A stretch of DNA of 64,000 nt from Candidatus Eiseniibacteriota bacterium (GCA_044222065.1 JBGAOA010000009.1:14061-78060), one strand, 5' to 3'. Positions 24,990-36,364 are shown, numbered from the stretch's first letter. Notes: generated from the letters alone by a model not told the origin. Made by a program: numbers and translations.

Positions 24990-26429
24990 CTAGCGCTCGA
25001 GCAGCGCGGGCATCAGCCGGCGGCCGAGGTCGCCGACGAGCAGACGGTCCGGATCCACGCGCTTCTTGATCTCGAGGAAGCGCGTGAGCCGCTCGCCGTA
25101 GGCGCGCGCGTACTCGCCGGCCGACAGCACGGAGTCCTTGGCCGGGTAGAACGTGCCGCCCGCGTCGAGCACCATCGCCGTCAGTTCGCGCGTGAGCGAC
25201 GTGAGCGGCGCCCACTCGCCGCGGCGCACGGGCAGGTCGAGCGCGAGCGACCAGCCGTCCAGTCCGTGCGAGAGCAGGTACTCGTCGGGCCGGTGGCGCT
25301 TGAACACGCCGAGGTACGACACGATGCCGCGCTTCTGGCAGTGGCGCAGCAGCTCCGGCATCGCCTCGCGCGCGGTCGAGTCCGGCAGGAACACCTGGTA
25401 CTGGATGAACCCGGCGGAGCCGTACGCGAGGCGCCAGTTCGGCACGTAGTCGAGCAGGAACGCGAACGCGACGTGCGAGTCGAGGAACGTGCCGTCGTGC
25501 GAGAACGGCGCCTCCGGCATGTGGTACTTGAGCGCGTTGACGAGCCGCATGCCGAAGTCGTTCGTGAACGGCTTCATGAAGCGCCACAGGATCGCGCGAG
25601 GCACGCCGAAGATGTGGCCCGGGAGGCCCTGGTTCTCGGCGTGGAAGCCGGCCGGCCCCTCGGGATCCTCGTGCGCGTGCAGGTAATCGGCCCGGTGCAC
25701 GAGGCCGCGGCCGAGGCCTGCGTCGCCCGCGAAGCAGTCCACCCACCCGACGAGGTAGTCGGAGTGCGGCAGGTGCTCCTCGAACTGGTCGAACATCTCG
25801 GCCAGCGAACGCGACTGGATCGGGAGCACGCGCAGATGCCCGCTCTCGATCTTCTTGAGCTTGAGCCGAACGCGCGTGACGAAGCCGAGCAGGCCGAGCC
25901 CCGCGATCGTCGCGCGGAACAGCTCGGGCTCGCGTTCGCGCGACAGCGTCTTCAGTTCGCCGCGCGGCGTGAGCAGGTCGAGTTCGAGCACGTGGTCGCC
26001 GAACGGCCCGGCCTTGAAGCAGTTCTTGCCGTGGATGTTCATCGCGACGCACCCGCCCATCGTCGGGAACATCGTGCCCGGCACGACCGCGGGCCAGTAG
26101 CCGTCCTGGATCGTGCGGCGCCACAGGCCTTCGATCGTCATGCCCGCCTCGAGGTCCGCCACGCCCTCGATCGGATCCCACCTGAGCATGCGGTCCATGC
26201 CGCGGTTGTCCACGACGAGGCCGCCGCCGTTGAGCGAGGCGTCGCCATAGCTCCGGCCCGAACCGCGGAAGACGATGCTCAACCCCTCCTCGCGCGCGCG
26301 CCGGAACGTGTCGGCCAGTTCCTCGACGCTCTTCGGACACACCCAGCGCGACGCCGCGCGCTGCGCGGAGCCGAAGCCCTCGAGCACGCGCCAGGGGGCG
26401 CTCGATCGGAGCGACGGGAGGGCGGACAT
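24990..26429 (-). CDS. FAD-binding oxidoreductase, DprE1-like
   Basis: RGSGRSYGDA, VVPGT..TMGG, IHGKN, GFIQYQ, GGTFYPAKDS. Confidence 0.85.
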   Translation of the reverse strand: MSALPSLRSSAPWRVLEGFGSAQRAASRWVCPKSVEELADTFRRAREEGLSIVFRGSGRSYGDASLNGGGLVVDNRGMDRMLRWDPIEGVADLEAGMTIEGLWRRTIQDGYWPAVVPGTMFPTMGGCVAMNIHGKNCFKAGPFGDHVLELDLLTPRGELKTLSREREPELFRATIAGLGLLGFVTRVRLKLKKIESGHLRVLPIQSRSLAEMFDQFEEHLPHSDYLVGWVDCFAGDAGLGRGLVHRADYLHAHEDPEGPAGFHAENQGLPGHIFGVPRAILWRFMKPFTNDFGMRLVNALKYHMPEAPFSHDGTFLDSHVAFAFLLDYVPNWRLAYGSAGFIQYQVFLPDSTAREAMPELLRHCQKRGIVSYLGVFKRHRPDEYLLSHGLDGWSLALDLPVRRGEWAPLTSLTRELTAMVLDAGGTFYPAKDSVLSAGEYARAYGERLTRFLEIKKRVDPDRLLVGDLGRRLMPALLER

Positions 26430-26431
26430 GG

Positions 26432-27196
26432 TCAGAAGTTGAGCCTCCGGAACAGGAACGACGGCAGGTGGCGCACGATCATCGCGACGAGGCCCCAGCG
26501 CGCGGGCACGAACACGTCGGGGCTGCCGCCGCTCGCGGCGGTTCCGAGGATGATTTCGGCCGCCCGGTCGGCGCTGATGAGCCAGAAGAGTCCGCGCATG
26601 CCGTGCGTCATCGCGGTGTCCACGTAGCCCGGCTTCACGGTGACGACGTTCACGCCGTAGCGCGACACGCGGTTGCGCAGCGCCTCCCAGTAGGCGGACA
26701 GCGCCGCCTTCGACGTCGTGTAGCCCGGGTTCGTGCGCCGGCCGCGCGTGCCGGCGATGCTCGAGATCGCGACCATCGTTCCCGAGCGCTGCGCCTCGAA
26801 GAACGCCGCCGCGGGGTTCGCCCACGCCATCGCGCCGAGCAGGTTCACCTCGACCATCTGGCGCTCCTTCGCGAACTCGTAGTGATGCTCCTCCGACGCG
26901 TGCTGGAGTCCCGCGGCGTAGACGACGAGGTCGAGTCCGCCCAGGTCCTTCACGAGACGCTCGAACAGCGCCGGCACGTCGTCGTAAGCGGTCGCGTCGT
27001 GGCGCACGACGAGCGCGCGCCCCTTCCCCGCCGACTGGATCGCGTTCGCGACCGACTGGAGTTCCGACTCGCGGCGACCGAGCAGCGCGACGGCCGCGCC
27101 GCCCGCGGCGAGACGCTTCGCGATCGCGGCGCCGACACCGGACGAGGCGCCGACGACGATGGCCTTCGAAAACGTGAGGGACAAGGGACTCTCCAC
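26432..27196 (-). CDS. SDR oxidoreductase, DprE2-like
   Basis: GASSGVG, ISSIAGTRGRRTNPGYTTSK, VKPGYVDTAMT. Confidence 0.87.
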   Translation of the reverse strand: MESPLSLTFSKAIVVGASSGVGAAIAKRLAAGGAAVALLGRRESELQSVANAIQSAGKGRALVVRHDATAYDDVPALFERLVKDLGGLDLVVYAAGLQHASEEHHYEFAKERQMVEVNLLGAMAWANPAAAFFEAQRSGTMVAISSIAGTRGRRTNPGYTTSKAALSAYWEALRNRVSRYGVNVVTVKPGYVDTAMTHGMRGLFWLISADRAAEIILGTAASGGSPDVFVPARWGLVAMIVRHLPSFLFRRLNF

Positions 27197-27290
27197 GAAT
27201 GAGCCGCCGCATCCGGGGCCGGGTCAGGGCCGGCGGTACCGGGCCGGGCGGGTGCGGGCGCCGTCGAGCGGGAGGCGCGTCGCCCGCGGG

Positions 27291-27317
27291 TTATCGGCCG
27301 CTCGAAGCGGGCCTTTC
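27291..27317 (-). promoter_or_regulatory. Putative sigma28-like promoter upstream of the SDR gene
   Basis: GAAAG-N14-GCCGATAA (perfect FliA-type -10). Confidence 0.45.
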
Positions 27318-27430
27318 ACGCTGAGTGGCAGGGAGATAACCCGAGCGGCGAGGCGGGCGTCAAACGCGACGTCGGGCGGACTGGCTCGGCGGCCGGGGCA
27401 GGACGCCCCGAACCGCGCGAGCGGCGCGGC

Positions 27431-28582
27431 TCAGACCGTGACGCCGTCCTTGAGGATGCTGCGCGCGATCACGAGGCGCTGGATCTCGGAGGCGCCCTCG
27501 TAGATCTCCATGACGCGCGCGTCGCGGTAATAGCGCTCGACCGCGTACTCCTTCACGTAGCCGTAGCCGCCGTGCACCTGGATCGCCTGGTGCGTGACCC
27601 ACGTAGCGGCTTCGCTCGCGTAGAGCTTCGCCATCGCCGCCTCGCGCGAGTACGGCCGACCGGAGTCGCGAAGCCATGCGGCCTTCTGGATGAGAAGGCG
27701 AGAACACTGGATGCGCCGCTCCATCTCGGCGAGCTTGAACTGGATCGCCTGGATCTTCGCGATCGGTCCCCCGAACGCCCGGCGCTGCTGCGCGTACTTC
27801 ACGGCCTCGGCGAACGCCGCGCGCATCACGCCGAGCGCCTGCGCGCCGACGCCGATGCGTCCCGCATCGAGCGCGCCGAGTGCGATCTTCAGACCTTCGC
27901 CCTCGCCGCCGAGGCGGTTCGCCACGGGCACGCGCAGGTCTTCGAGCGAGAGCGACACCGTATCGCTGCCGCGCAGCCCCATCTTGTCCTCGGCCTTGCC
28001 GACGACGAGCCCGGGCGTCCCGCGCTCGACGATGAACGCCGATAGCCCGTGGCTGCCGGCGTCCGCCGCCGTGCGCGCGAAGATCACGTAGACGCTCGAA
28101 CGGAGCCCGTTCGTCACCCAGTTCTTGCTGCCGTTCAGCACGTACGCGTCGCCGTCGCGGCGCGCCGTCGCCTGCAGCGCGCCCGCGTCGGAGCCCGCCT
28201 CGGGCTCGGACAGCGAGAACGCCGCCAGCTCCTTCGTCGCGAGCCGCGGCAGGAAGCGCTTCTTCTGGTCCTCGGTGCCGAAGCGGAAGATCGGCAGCAG
28301 TCCGACCGAGTTGTGCACCGCGATCATGATCGCGAGCGCGGCGGAGCAGTACGCGATCTCCTCGACGACGAGCGCGAGCGTGCGCGCGTCGTAACCGACG
28401 CCGCCGAGTTCCTCGGGCAGCGCCATGCTCAGGAAGCCCTGCTCGGCGAGTGTCTGGAGCGCCGAGTTCGGCACGTCGGCTTCGCGGTCCCAGGCGGCGG
28501 CGTGCGGCGCGAACTCCTTCGCGCACAGCTCGCGCACGAGGTCGCGGATTTCGGTCTGCTCGGGCGTGAGGTCGAGGTTCAT
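27431..28582 (-). CDS. Acyl-CoA dehydrogenase (short/branched-chain type)
   Basis: LSEPEAGSDA, LNGSKNWVTNG, QVHGGYGY, EIYEGASEIQR. Confidence 0.95.
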   Translation of the reverse strand: MNLDLTPEQTEIRDLVRELCAKEFAPHAAAWDREADVPNSALQTLAEQGFLSMALPEELGGVGYDARTLALVVEEIAYCSAALAIMIAVHNSVGLLPIFRFGTEDQKKRFLPRLATKELAAFSLSEPEAGSDAGALQATARRDGDAYVLNGSKNWVTNGLRSSVYVIFARTAADAGSHGLSAFIVERGTPGLVVGKAEDKMGLRGSDTVSLSLEDLRVPVANRLGGEGEGLKIALGALDAGRIGVGAQALGVMRAAFAEAVKYAQQRRAFGGPIAKIQAIQFKLAEMERRIQCSRLLIQKAAWLRDSGRPYSREAAMAKLYASEAATWVTHQAIQVHGGYGYVKEYAVERYYRDARVMEIYEGASEIQRLVIARSILKDGVTV

Positions 28583-28607
28583 GGCGTTTCTCCGGTGTGC
28601 CGTTCGA

Positions 28608-28991
28608 TCAGGCCGGCACCGTGTCGCGGTGTTCGCGGAAGCCGAGCAGCGCGATCAGCGCGATGACGCCCATGACGCTCGGTCCGACCGGATGGAGCAG
28701 CGACAGCACCGCGGCGAGCAGCACGAGCGGGTACGCGCGACCGTCGCCGGCCCACAGCCCCGGCACGCCCGCGAGCCACAGCAGGCCCACGAACGCCTTG
28801 AGCGCCGGCATCAGCCAGCCCGGGAGCCCCATCTTCTGGCCGAGCGTCACCCACGGGCCGAGCTGGCCGACGAGGTTGAAACTCTCGTTCGTCCAGAACG
28901 GGTAGATGCCCTGGAACAAGAACGTGAGGCCCGGGTACAGCGCGCACGCGGTCAGGATGACGAGCGCGACGGGTCGGACGGGTCGGGTCAT
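28608..28991 (-). CDS. Small multi-pass membrane protein, function unknown
   Basis: Several hydrophobic segments; co-oriented between two acyl-CoA dehydrogenase genes. Start could be 29042. Confidence 0.7.
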   Translation of the reverse strand: MTRPVRPVALVILTACALYPGLTFLFQGIYPFWTNESFNLVGQLGPWVTLGQKMGLPGWLMPALKAFVGLLWLAGVPGLWAGDGRAYPLVLLAAVLSLLHPVGPSVMGVIALIALLGFREHRDTVPA

Positions 28992-29052
28992 GTCGTGTGC
29001 TTCCTCCGGTTCGGCGCCCCGCGTTCGCGGTGCCTTGTCCATCCCCCGGGCG

Positions 29053-30243
29053 TCACGCGCCGAGGGCGTTCTCCTTCAATACCTGACCGGCGACGACCAT
29101 CTTCTGGACCTCGGTCGTGCCTTCGTAGAGTTCGGTGATGCGCGCGTCGCGCCAGTAGCGCTCGACGTGGAACTCGGCGAGGTAGCCGTAGCCGCCGTGC
29201 ACCTGGATCGCCCAGTTCGACACCCTCGTCGCGGCCTCGGCCGCGTGCCACTTCGCGAGCGAGGCTTCCTTCGTGTTCGGCCGGCCCTGGTCGCGCAGCC
29301 ACGCCGCCTGGTAGACGAGCAGCCGCGACGTCGCGACCTCGATCGCGGAGTCGGCGAGCATGTGCCGGATCGCGTCGAACTCGCCGATCTTGCGGTCGAA
29401 CTGCTCGCGCTCGTTCGCGTAGCGCACCGCGGCCTCGAGCGACGCCTGCGCGATGCCGAGCGCCTGCGCGGCGATGCCGATGCGGCCGCCGCCGAGCGTG
29501 GCGAGCGCGACCGAATATCCCTTGTTGTGCTCGCCGAGCAGGTTTTCCTTCGGCACGCGCACGTTCTCGAGGTGGATCTCGCGCGTGTCCGAGGCGTGGA
29601 TGCCGAGCTTGTGCTCCTTCTTGCCCTTCTTCACGCCCGGCGAGTCGGCGTCCACGATGAACGCGCTGATGCCCTTGGGGCCGAGCGCGCGATCGGTCGC
29701 GGCGTAGACGATCATCACGTCCGACGGCCCGGCCGTCGTGATGAAGATCTTCGCGCCGTTCAGCACGTAGTCGCCGCCGTCGATCACGGCGGTCGTCTGC
29801 TGGTTCGCGGCGTTGCTGCCGGCGTTGGGCTCGGTCAGGCAGTAGCAGCCGAGCTTCTCGCCCTTCGCGATCGGCACGAGGTACTTCTGCTTCTGAGCTT
29901 CGTTGCCGTAGGCGAGGAGCGGATAGCACACGAGCGAGTTGTTCACGGACGCGATCACGCCGTGGCTCGCGCACACGCGCGACAGCTCCTCGATCGCGAT
30001 CACGTACGAGACGTAGTCCACGCCCACGCCGCCGTACTGTTCCGGCACGAACATTCCGAGCAGGCCGAGCTCGGCCATCTTCTTCACGTTCTCGGCCGGG
30101 AACTCGTGCGTCTCGTCGATCCGGGCTGCGATCGGACGGATTTCGCTCTCGGCGAAATCCCGCACCATGTCGCGGATCTGCTGCTGCTCTTCGGTGAGAT
30201 CGAACGCGAGGCCGGCCGTGCCGGCGAGAGTCTCGGGAGTCAT
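29053..30243 (-). CDS. Acyl-CoA dehydrogenase (butyryl-CoA dehydrogenase-like)
   Basis: [40 protein letters not shown]. Confidence 0.95.
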   Translation of the reverse strand: MTPETLAGTAGLAFDLTEEQQQIRDMVRDFAESEIRPIAARIDETHEFPAENVKKMAELGLLGMFVPEQYGGVGVDYVSYVIAIEELSRVCASHGVIASVNNSLVCYPLLAYGNEAQKQKYLVPIAKGEKLGCYCLTEPNAGSNAANQQTTAVIDGGDYVLNGAKIFITTAGPSDVMIVYAATDRALGPKGISAFIVDADSPGVKKGKKEHKLGIHASDTREIHLENVRVPKENLLGEHNKGYSVALATLGGGRIGIAAQALGIAQASLEAAVRYANEREQFDRKIGEFDAIRHMLADSAIEVATSRLLVYQAAWLRDQGRPNTKEASLAKWHAAEAATRVSNWAIQVHGGYGYLAEFHVERYWRDARITELYEGTTEVQKMVVAGQVLKENALGA

Positions 30244-30442
30244 GGGAGGCCTGATTGCGGGAGCGGGCTCGGGCTCCGGGCGGAGCCGTGGCGAAGCGGG
30301 CCGGATTCTACACAACCGAGCCCCGAACGCCACGCGGGCCCCGACGCTCCCTGGAGCGCGCGATTTGTCCGACCCCAGCGAGAGGCTGCGGGGTATGCTT
30401 TCGTCGATCGGGTCTCGCAGCACCCCTCGAAAGGAGACTTCC

Positions 30443-31411
30443 GTGCGCCGCACCGCCCTCGTTCTCGTGGGCGCCTCTCTGTTCGCAGCCCTGCTCCATG
30501 GCTGCGGACACGAGGCTCCCGTTGCCCCGCAGTCCGCCGTCACCGATCTCGATCGCGCCGCGACTCCGCTCGCCGCGACCGACCCCGATCTCGACTCCCG
30601 CCCCCGGCTCTTCTACCCGCTCGCGCCCGGCAACCGGTGGAGCTATGCGGGGCGGAGCCGTTTCCTCCTGAAGAACCCCGGCGAAGCGGACGAGGTCGTG
30701 TTCGATGCCGCTCAGTCGCTGGTGTCCGAGCAGGTGTGCGAGGTGGATCCGGGCACCGGTCCCTACGTCGTCGAAGGAGGCACGCTGGCGCAGGGGGCGA
30801 ACACGTACCAGTCGTGGCTCTACCTTCGGCAGGATCGTGGCGGCCTGTACGAACTCGACGGTCCGATCGGCGCCCCCGAGTGCGCCGATCCGGCGGCACT
30901 CCGGGCTCCCGTCCGCGGCCGGGCGGACGCGCTCGCCGCGACACGCTTCGACCGCATCGCCGATCCGGCGCGCCGCGCCGCATTCGAGCGCGCGCTCGCC
31001 ACGTTGCGCGCTCGCGTGGCCCTGATCGAGGGCGTGCGCCCGACGCCGATCGGACGCGCGCCGAACCCGGGTCCGCGCGAGGGCGAGCTCCTGCGCCTCA
31101 AGTACCCGCTCCTCCCGGGACAGCACTGGAACGTCCGTCCCGACGAATCGTTCGGAAGCGTGGTCGAAGGCATCTCACCGATGCTCACGCCGGCGGGACC
31201 GTTCCTGGTCCATCGCGTGCGGATGCTCTCGGACCTGTTCGGCCCGAACGACCGCGTCCTGACGTTCTACAGCCGGCGCGGGATCGTGGGTCATCGCTAC
31301 CACATGGAGTCCGAAGCGGTGGACGAGTCGGGCAATCCGATCGGCAGGCTGATCTGGGACGACACGCTGCTGCTCCAGACGCTGCACCTCGAGCGCGCGC
31401 CGGCGCTCTGA
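30443..31411 (+). CDS. Putative lipoprotein, function unknown
   Basis: AAGGAG RBS plus GTG; lipobox-like LHGC; FYPLAPGNRWSY and TPAGPF motifs. Confidence 0.75.
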   Translation: MRRTALVLVGASLFAALLHGCGHEAPVAPQSAVTDLDRAATPLAATDPDLDSRPRLFYPLAPGNRWSYAGRSRFLLKNPGEADEVVFDAAQSLVSEQVCEVDPGTGPYVVEGGTLAQGANTYQSWLYLRQDRGGLYELDGPIGAPECADPAALRAPVRGRADALAATRFDRIADPARRAAFERALATLRARVALIEGVRPTPIGRAPNPGPREGELLRLKYPLLPGQHWNVRPDESFGSVVEGISPMLTPAGPFLVHRVRMLSDLFGPNDRVLTFYSRRGIVGHRYHMESEAVDESGNPIGRLIWDDTLLLQTLHLERAPAL

Positions 31412-31437
31412 CGCGCGGCGCGGCGCCCGAAACTCGA

Positions 31438-31465
31438 CGGCCCGGAGGCGATCGCCTCCGGGCCG
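31438..31465. terminator. Perfect 28-bp palindrome between convergent genes (likely bidirectional terminator)
   Basis: CGGCCCGGAGGCGA-TCGCCTCCGGGCCG. Confidence 0.7.
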
Positions 31466-31489
31466 CGTGCGTGGAACCAGCGTCCGGCG

Positions 31490-32386
<897 letters not shown>

Positions 32387-32403
32387 CGTCGTCCCCTCCC
32401 CGT

Positions 32404-33597
32404 TCACACCAGCTCGATCGCGAGCGCCACGGCGTTGCCGCCGCCGAGGCACAGCGTCGCGAGCCCGGTCTTCTTGTTGCGCTGCTGCAGCGCGTGGATC
32501 AGCGTCACGAGCACGCGCGCGCCCGAGGCGCCGATCGGATGCCCGAGCGCCACGGCGCCGCCGTTCACGTTGACGCGCTCCCAGTCCCAGCCGAGCGCCT
32601 TGCCGTCCGCCACGGCCTGCGCGGCGAACGCTTCGTTCGCCTCGATCAGGTCGAAGTGGCCGATCGAAACGCCCATCTTCTTCATGAGCTTCTGCACCGC
32701 GTCGATCGGGGCGAAGAACAGGTCCTTCGGCTCGCCGCCGCCGGTCGCGTACGCGACGACGCGCGCGAGCGGCTTCGCACCCTTCGCCTTCACGCGCGCT
32801 TCGCTCATCAGCACGAGCGCCGCACCACCGTCGTTCAGCCCCGGCGCGTTGCCCGCCGTGATGATGCCGTTCTTGTCCTTCGTCACGGGGCCGAGCTTCG
32901 CGAGCGCCTCGAGCGTCGTGTCGCCGCGCACCGATTCGTCCTTCGCGATCACGACCGGGTCGCCCTTCCGCTGCGGGATCGAGACCTGCGCGATCTCCTT
33001 CGAGAACCGGCACTCGGCCCACGCGGCGGCGGCCTTCTGCTGGCTCTTGACCGAGAACTCGTCGATCTCGGCGCGCGTCAAGTTCGCCTTCTGCGCCGTG
33101 TACTGCGCGAGTTCGATCATGTGGCAGTCGTTGAACGAGCACCACAGCCCGTCGTAGACGGCGCCGTCCTTGAGCGTCGTGTCGCCGAGCTTCTGTCCCG
33201 TGCGACCGCTGAACAGGAGGTGCGGCGCCGTGCTCATGCTCTCCATGCCGCCCGCGACGATGCAGTCGGCGTCGCCGGCCTTGATCGCCTGCGTGCCCAT
33301 CATCACGGCCTTCAAGCCCGAGCCGCACACCTTGTTGATCGTGACTGCGCCGACCATCGGGCTCACGCCCGCCTTGATGAGCGCCTGCCGCGCGGGCGCC
33401 TGCCCCTGCCCGGCCTGCACGACGTGGCCCATCAGCACTTCGTCCACTTCGTCGCCGGCGACCGACGCGCGGCTCATCGCTTCCTTCATCGCGATCGCGC
33501 CGAGGTCCGAGGCCTTGAGCGGGGCGAGCCCGCCGAGGAACTTGCCGATCGGCGTACGTGCCGCGCCGACGATGAACACATCCGGATAGTTGGCCAT
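32404..33597 (-). CDS. Acetyl-CoA C-acetyltransferase (thiolase)
   Basis: [30 protein letters not shown]. Confidence 0.96.
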   Translation of the reverse strand: MANYPDVFIVGAARTPIGKFLGGLAPLKASDLGAIAMKEAMSRASVAGDEVDEVLMGHVVQAGQGQAPARQALIKAGVSPMVGAVTINKVCGSGLKAVMMGTQAIKAGDADCIVAGGMESMSTAPHLLFSGRTGQKLGDTTLKDGAVYDGLWCSFNDCHMIELAQYTAQKANLTRAEIDEFSVKSQQKAAAAWAECRFSKEIAQVSIPQRKGDPVVIAKDESVRGDTTLEALAKLGPVTKDKNGIITAGNAPGLNDGGAALVLMSEARVKAKGAKPLARVVAYATGGGEPKDLFFAPIDAVQKLMKKMGVSIGHFDLIEANEAFAAQAVADGKALGWDWERVNVNGGAVALGHPIGASGARVLVTLIHALQQRNKKTGLATLCLGGGNAVALAIELV

Positions 33598-33726
33598 GGG
33601 AATGCCTCTCGATTCGAAAAGGCGCGCACCGAACGTGCGGCGCCGGGGGATCACACCGGGAAGGTGGAAGACGCCGGGGATACTACCGCAGCGCGCGAGC
33701 GGGCCGGGAGCGCGCGCGAAGCCGCG

Positions 33727-33867
33727 TCAGTCGCGGCGCGCCGCCGCGTCTTCGCGCTGCTCGCGCCGGTAGTCGCGCCACGCGATCACGATGCGCCACG
33801 CGGTCGCGATCAGCACGACCGAGCCGACGAACGTCGCGGCGACGAACAGGCCGAAGAACCAGGTCAC
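33727..33867 (-). CDS. 46-aa single-TM small protein
   Basis: GTG overlaps the FIST stop; TWFFGLFVAATFVGSVVLIATAWRIVIAW followed by a charged tail. Confidence 0.55.
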   Translation of the reverse strand: MTWFFGLFVAATFVGSVVLIATAWRIVIAWRDYRREQREDAAARRD

Positions 33868-35072
33868 GCGTCCGCCTTCGCGGGCGCCGGACGCAGCACC
33901 ACGACGCACGCGGTCTGTCCGTGCAGGAAGTTCGTCCCGCCCACGGGTCCGATCTCGCCGGCGCAGAAGAGCCCGCCGATGGGCACCGCGCCTCCGAGCG
34001 CCTCGCGCACGACCGACAGGTCGCCGTCCGCCTCGCCGTAGAGTCCGCGGCCGCGGCCGTTGCACGCGAACAGCAACGCGCCCGACGCACGCGAGTCGAA
34101 CTCCTGCGGCGCGAGGAGCAGCGCGAGGTCCTCGCGCGCGGTGTCGGCGTCGCGCACGTGGAAGCGCAGTTTCTCGTTCGGGCGCACGAGGTCGCCGATC
34201 GCGACGACGCCGCGCTCGCGGTCGGCGCCGAGCAGGTTGCGGATCAGGTAGTCGCCGCGCCCCTCCGCGTTCGGCCGCACCGGCCGGCCCACGTAGAGCC
34301 CGTGCTTCATGGAATCGCGCTCGGCGGCCGGCAGGGACTGGAGCACCTGCTCGATGCGCTCGAGCGCGGGCTGGCCGTCGAACTCCACGACGACGTTCTG
34401 CGTCGCGCGCGTCACCGTGAGCGGCGGACCGATCGCGCGGCACCCCTGCGACACGATCGCGTCGGCGCGGATCGCGCCCGACAGCGCGAGCCCGATGCCT
34501 CCCTCGCTCGCGATCCAGTCGTTCAGGATCAGCGCGTTCGAGCGCGGGCGTCCGGCGGCGCTCGCCATGCCGCCGAGCACGCGCGTGCCCGGCGCGTGCT
34601 GGTTGAACGCGTGCAGCACGCGCTCGATCTGCAGGCTGAACGGATCGCCGAACAGCAGCACGACCTCGGCGTCTTTCGCGCCGGGTGCGGCGGCGTGGAA
34701 CGCGGCCGCCTCGGCGTGCGCGTTCGCCCACACTTCGTCGAGCACGAGGAACGGCGACAGCGTGACGCCCGGCAGCCGCGCCGCGACGAGCGTGAGCGCG
34801 ACCGGCTCCTCGAGTTCGTGCTCGCTCGAGATCACGCCGTGCGCGCTCACGCCGAGCAGGCACTCGGGTGCGAGCCGCTCGCGCACGATCGCGGCAATCG
34901 TGTTCGTGTGCGCGACGTGCGCGCGGCCGAGGAACAGCAGTGCCAGGTCCACGACGCCGGGGCCGAGCGTCTCGCGCACCGCGTCGATCGCCTCGACGGC
35001 CGCGGCCGCGGCGTCGTCGAAGCGCGAGCCGGCGGACGCCCAGCGCATCGCCGGCGCCGCGGGGTCCGTCAC
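33864..35072 (-). CDS. Stand-alone FIST (FIST_N + FIST_C) domain protein
   Basis: GGMAS, VSQGCRAIG, FHVRD, FACNGRG, GLFCAGEIGP. Confidence 0.92.
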   Translation of the reverse strand: MTDPAAPAMRWASAGSRFDDAAAAAVEAIDAVRETLGPGVVDLALLFLGRAHVAHTNTIAAIVRERLAPECLLGVSAHGVISSEHELEEPVALTLVAARLPGVTLSPFLVLDEVWANAHAEAAAFHAAAPGAKDAEVVLLFGDPFSLQIERVLHAFNQHAPGTRVLGGMASAAGRPRSNALILNDWIASEGGIGLALSGAIRADAIVSQGCRAIGPPLTVTRATQNVVVEFDGQPALERIEQVLQSLPAAERDSMKHGLYVGRPVRPNAEGRGDYLIRNLLGADRERGVVAIGDLVRPNEKLRFHVRDADTAREDLALLLAPQEFDSRASGALLFACNGRGRGLYGEADGDLSVVREALGGAVPIGGLFCAGEIGPVGGTNFLHGQTACVVVLRPAPAKADA

Positions 35073-35073
35073 C

Positions 35074-36219
35074 TCACACGCCCTTCAGGATCTCGCGCGC
35101 GATCACCAGCCGCTGGATCTCGCTCGTGCCCTCGCCGATCTCCATCAGCTTCGCGTCGCGGTGCATGCGCTCGACCGGGACGTCGCGGCAGTAGCCGATG
35201 CCGCCGTGGATCTGGATGGACTTGTCGGTGACGAAGTTCCCGACCTCGCTCGCGAACAGCTTCGCCTTGCTCGCGGCCTCGGCGAATTCCTCGCCGCGGT
35301 CCTTGAGCACCGCGGCCTTGTAGACGAGCGCGCGCGCGGCGTCGATCTGGGTGCTCATGTCGGCGAGCATGAACTGCACGGCCTGGAAGCTCGCGATCGT
35401 CTGGCCGAACTGCTTCCGCTGCTTCGAATACCTGAGCGCGTGCTCGTAGGCGCCCTGCGCGAGGCCGAGCGCGAGCGCTCCGATCGAGATGCGGCCGCCG
35501 GTGAGCGTCTTCATGAACGCCTTGAACCCGCCGCTCAAGTCGCCGAGCAGCGCGTCCTCCGTGATCTCGCAGTCCTGGAACACGACCTCGACCGTGTCCG
35601 AGCCGCGCAATCCCATCTTCTTTTCTTTCTTGCCGACGCGGAAGCCCGGCGTGTCGGTCGGCATGATGAACGCGCTGATGCCCTTCGTGCCCTTCGACGC
35701 GTCGGTGCGCGCCGTGAACGTGATCGTCTTCGCGACGCTGCCGTTCGTGATGTAGATCTTCGATCCGTTGACGCGCCAGCCGTTCTTCGTCTTCTCGGCG
35801 CGCGTCTCGGTGCCGGCGGCGTCCGAACCGGCGTTCGGCTCGGTGAGGCCGAACGCGCCGAGGCACTCGCCCTTCGCCATCGGCGTGAGGAACCGCTGCT
35901 TCTGCGCCTCGCTGCCGATCATGGACACCGGCCCGCAGCCGAGCGAGACGTGCGCGGCGAGCGTGATCGCCGTGGAGCCGCAGGCGCGCGCGACCTCCTC
36001 GACCGCGATCGCGTAGGCGAGCGTGTCGAGGCCCGCGCCGCCGTAGGCCTCGGGGTACGGCAGGCCGAGGAAGCCGAGTTCGGCCATCTGCTTCACGAGG
36101 TCGTGCGGGAACTCCTCGTTCTCGTCGAGATCGCGGGCGCGCGGCGCGACGACTTCGTCCGCGAACCGGCGCGCGGTCTCTCGCACCTGGAAGTGTTCGT
36201 CTCGGAGCAACAGGTCCAT
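35074..36219 (-). CDS. Acyl-CoA dehydrogenase
   Basis: [41 protein letters not shown]. Confidence 0.95.
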   Translation of the reverse strand: MDLLLRDEHFQVRETARRFADEVVAPRARDLDENEEFPHDLVKQMAELGFLGLPYPEAYGGAGLDTLAYAIAVEEVARACGSTAITLAAHVSLGCGPVSMIGSEAQKQRFLTPMAKGECLGAFGLTEPNAGSDAAGTETRAEKTKNGWRVNGSKIYITNGSVAKTITFTARTDASKGTKGISAFIMPTDTPGFRVGKKEKKMGLRGSDTVEVVFQDCEITEDALLGDLSGGFKAFMKTLTGGRISIGALALGLAQGAYEHALRYSKQRKQFGQTIASFQAVQFMLADMSTQIDAARALVYKAAVLKDRGEEFAEAASKAKLFASEVGNFVTDKSIQIHGGIGYCRDVPVERMHRDAKLMEIGEGTSEIQRLVIAREILKGV

Positions 36220-36364
36220 GGATTCGGGACTCCTTGGGGGTGCGCGGCCGCGGGCGTCGCGGCCGCATGAGGGCGCAATCGCGCGGGACTCTACCCGACC
36301 GTCGCGGGTTTCAGAAGCGCACTCCGCGTGCACGCCGCCGCGCCCGCCGCGGCGTCTCCGGCGT

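Noticed and set aside
31438..31465. 28-bp palindrome as a REP element or mobile-element end
   Set aside because: I saw only one copy and no transposase; its position between convergent genes fits a terminator.
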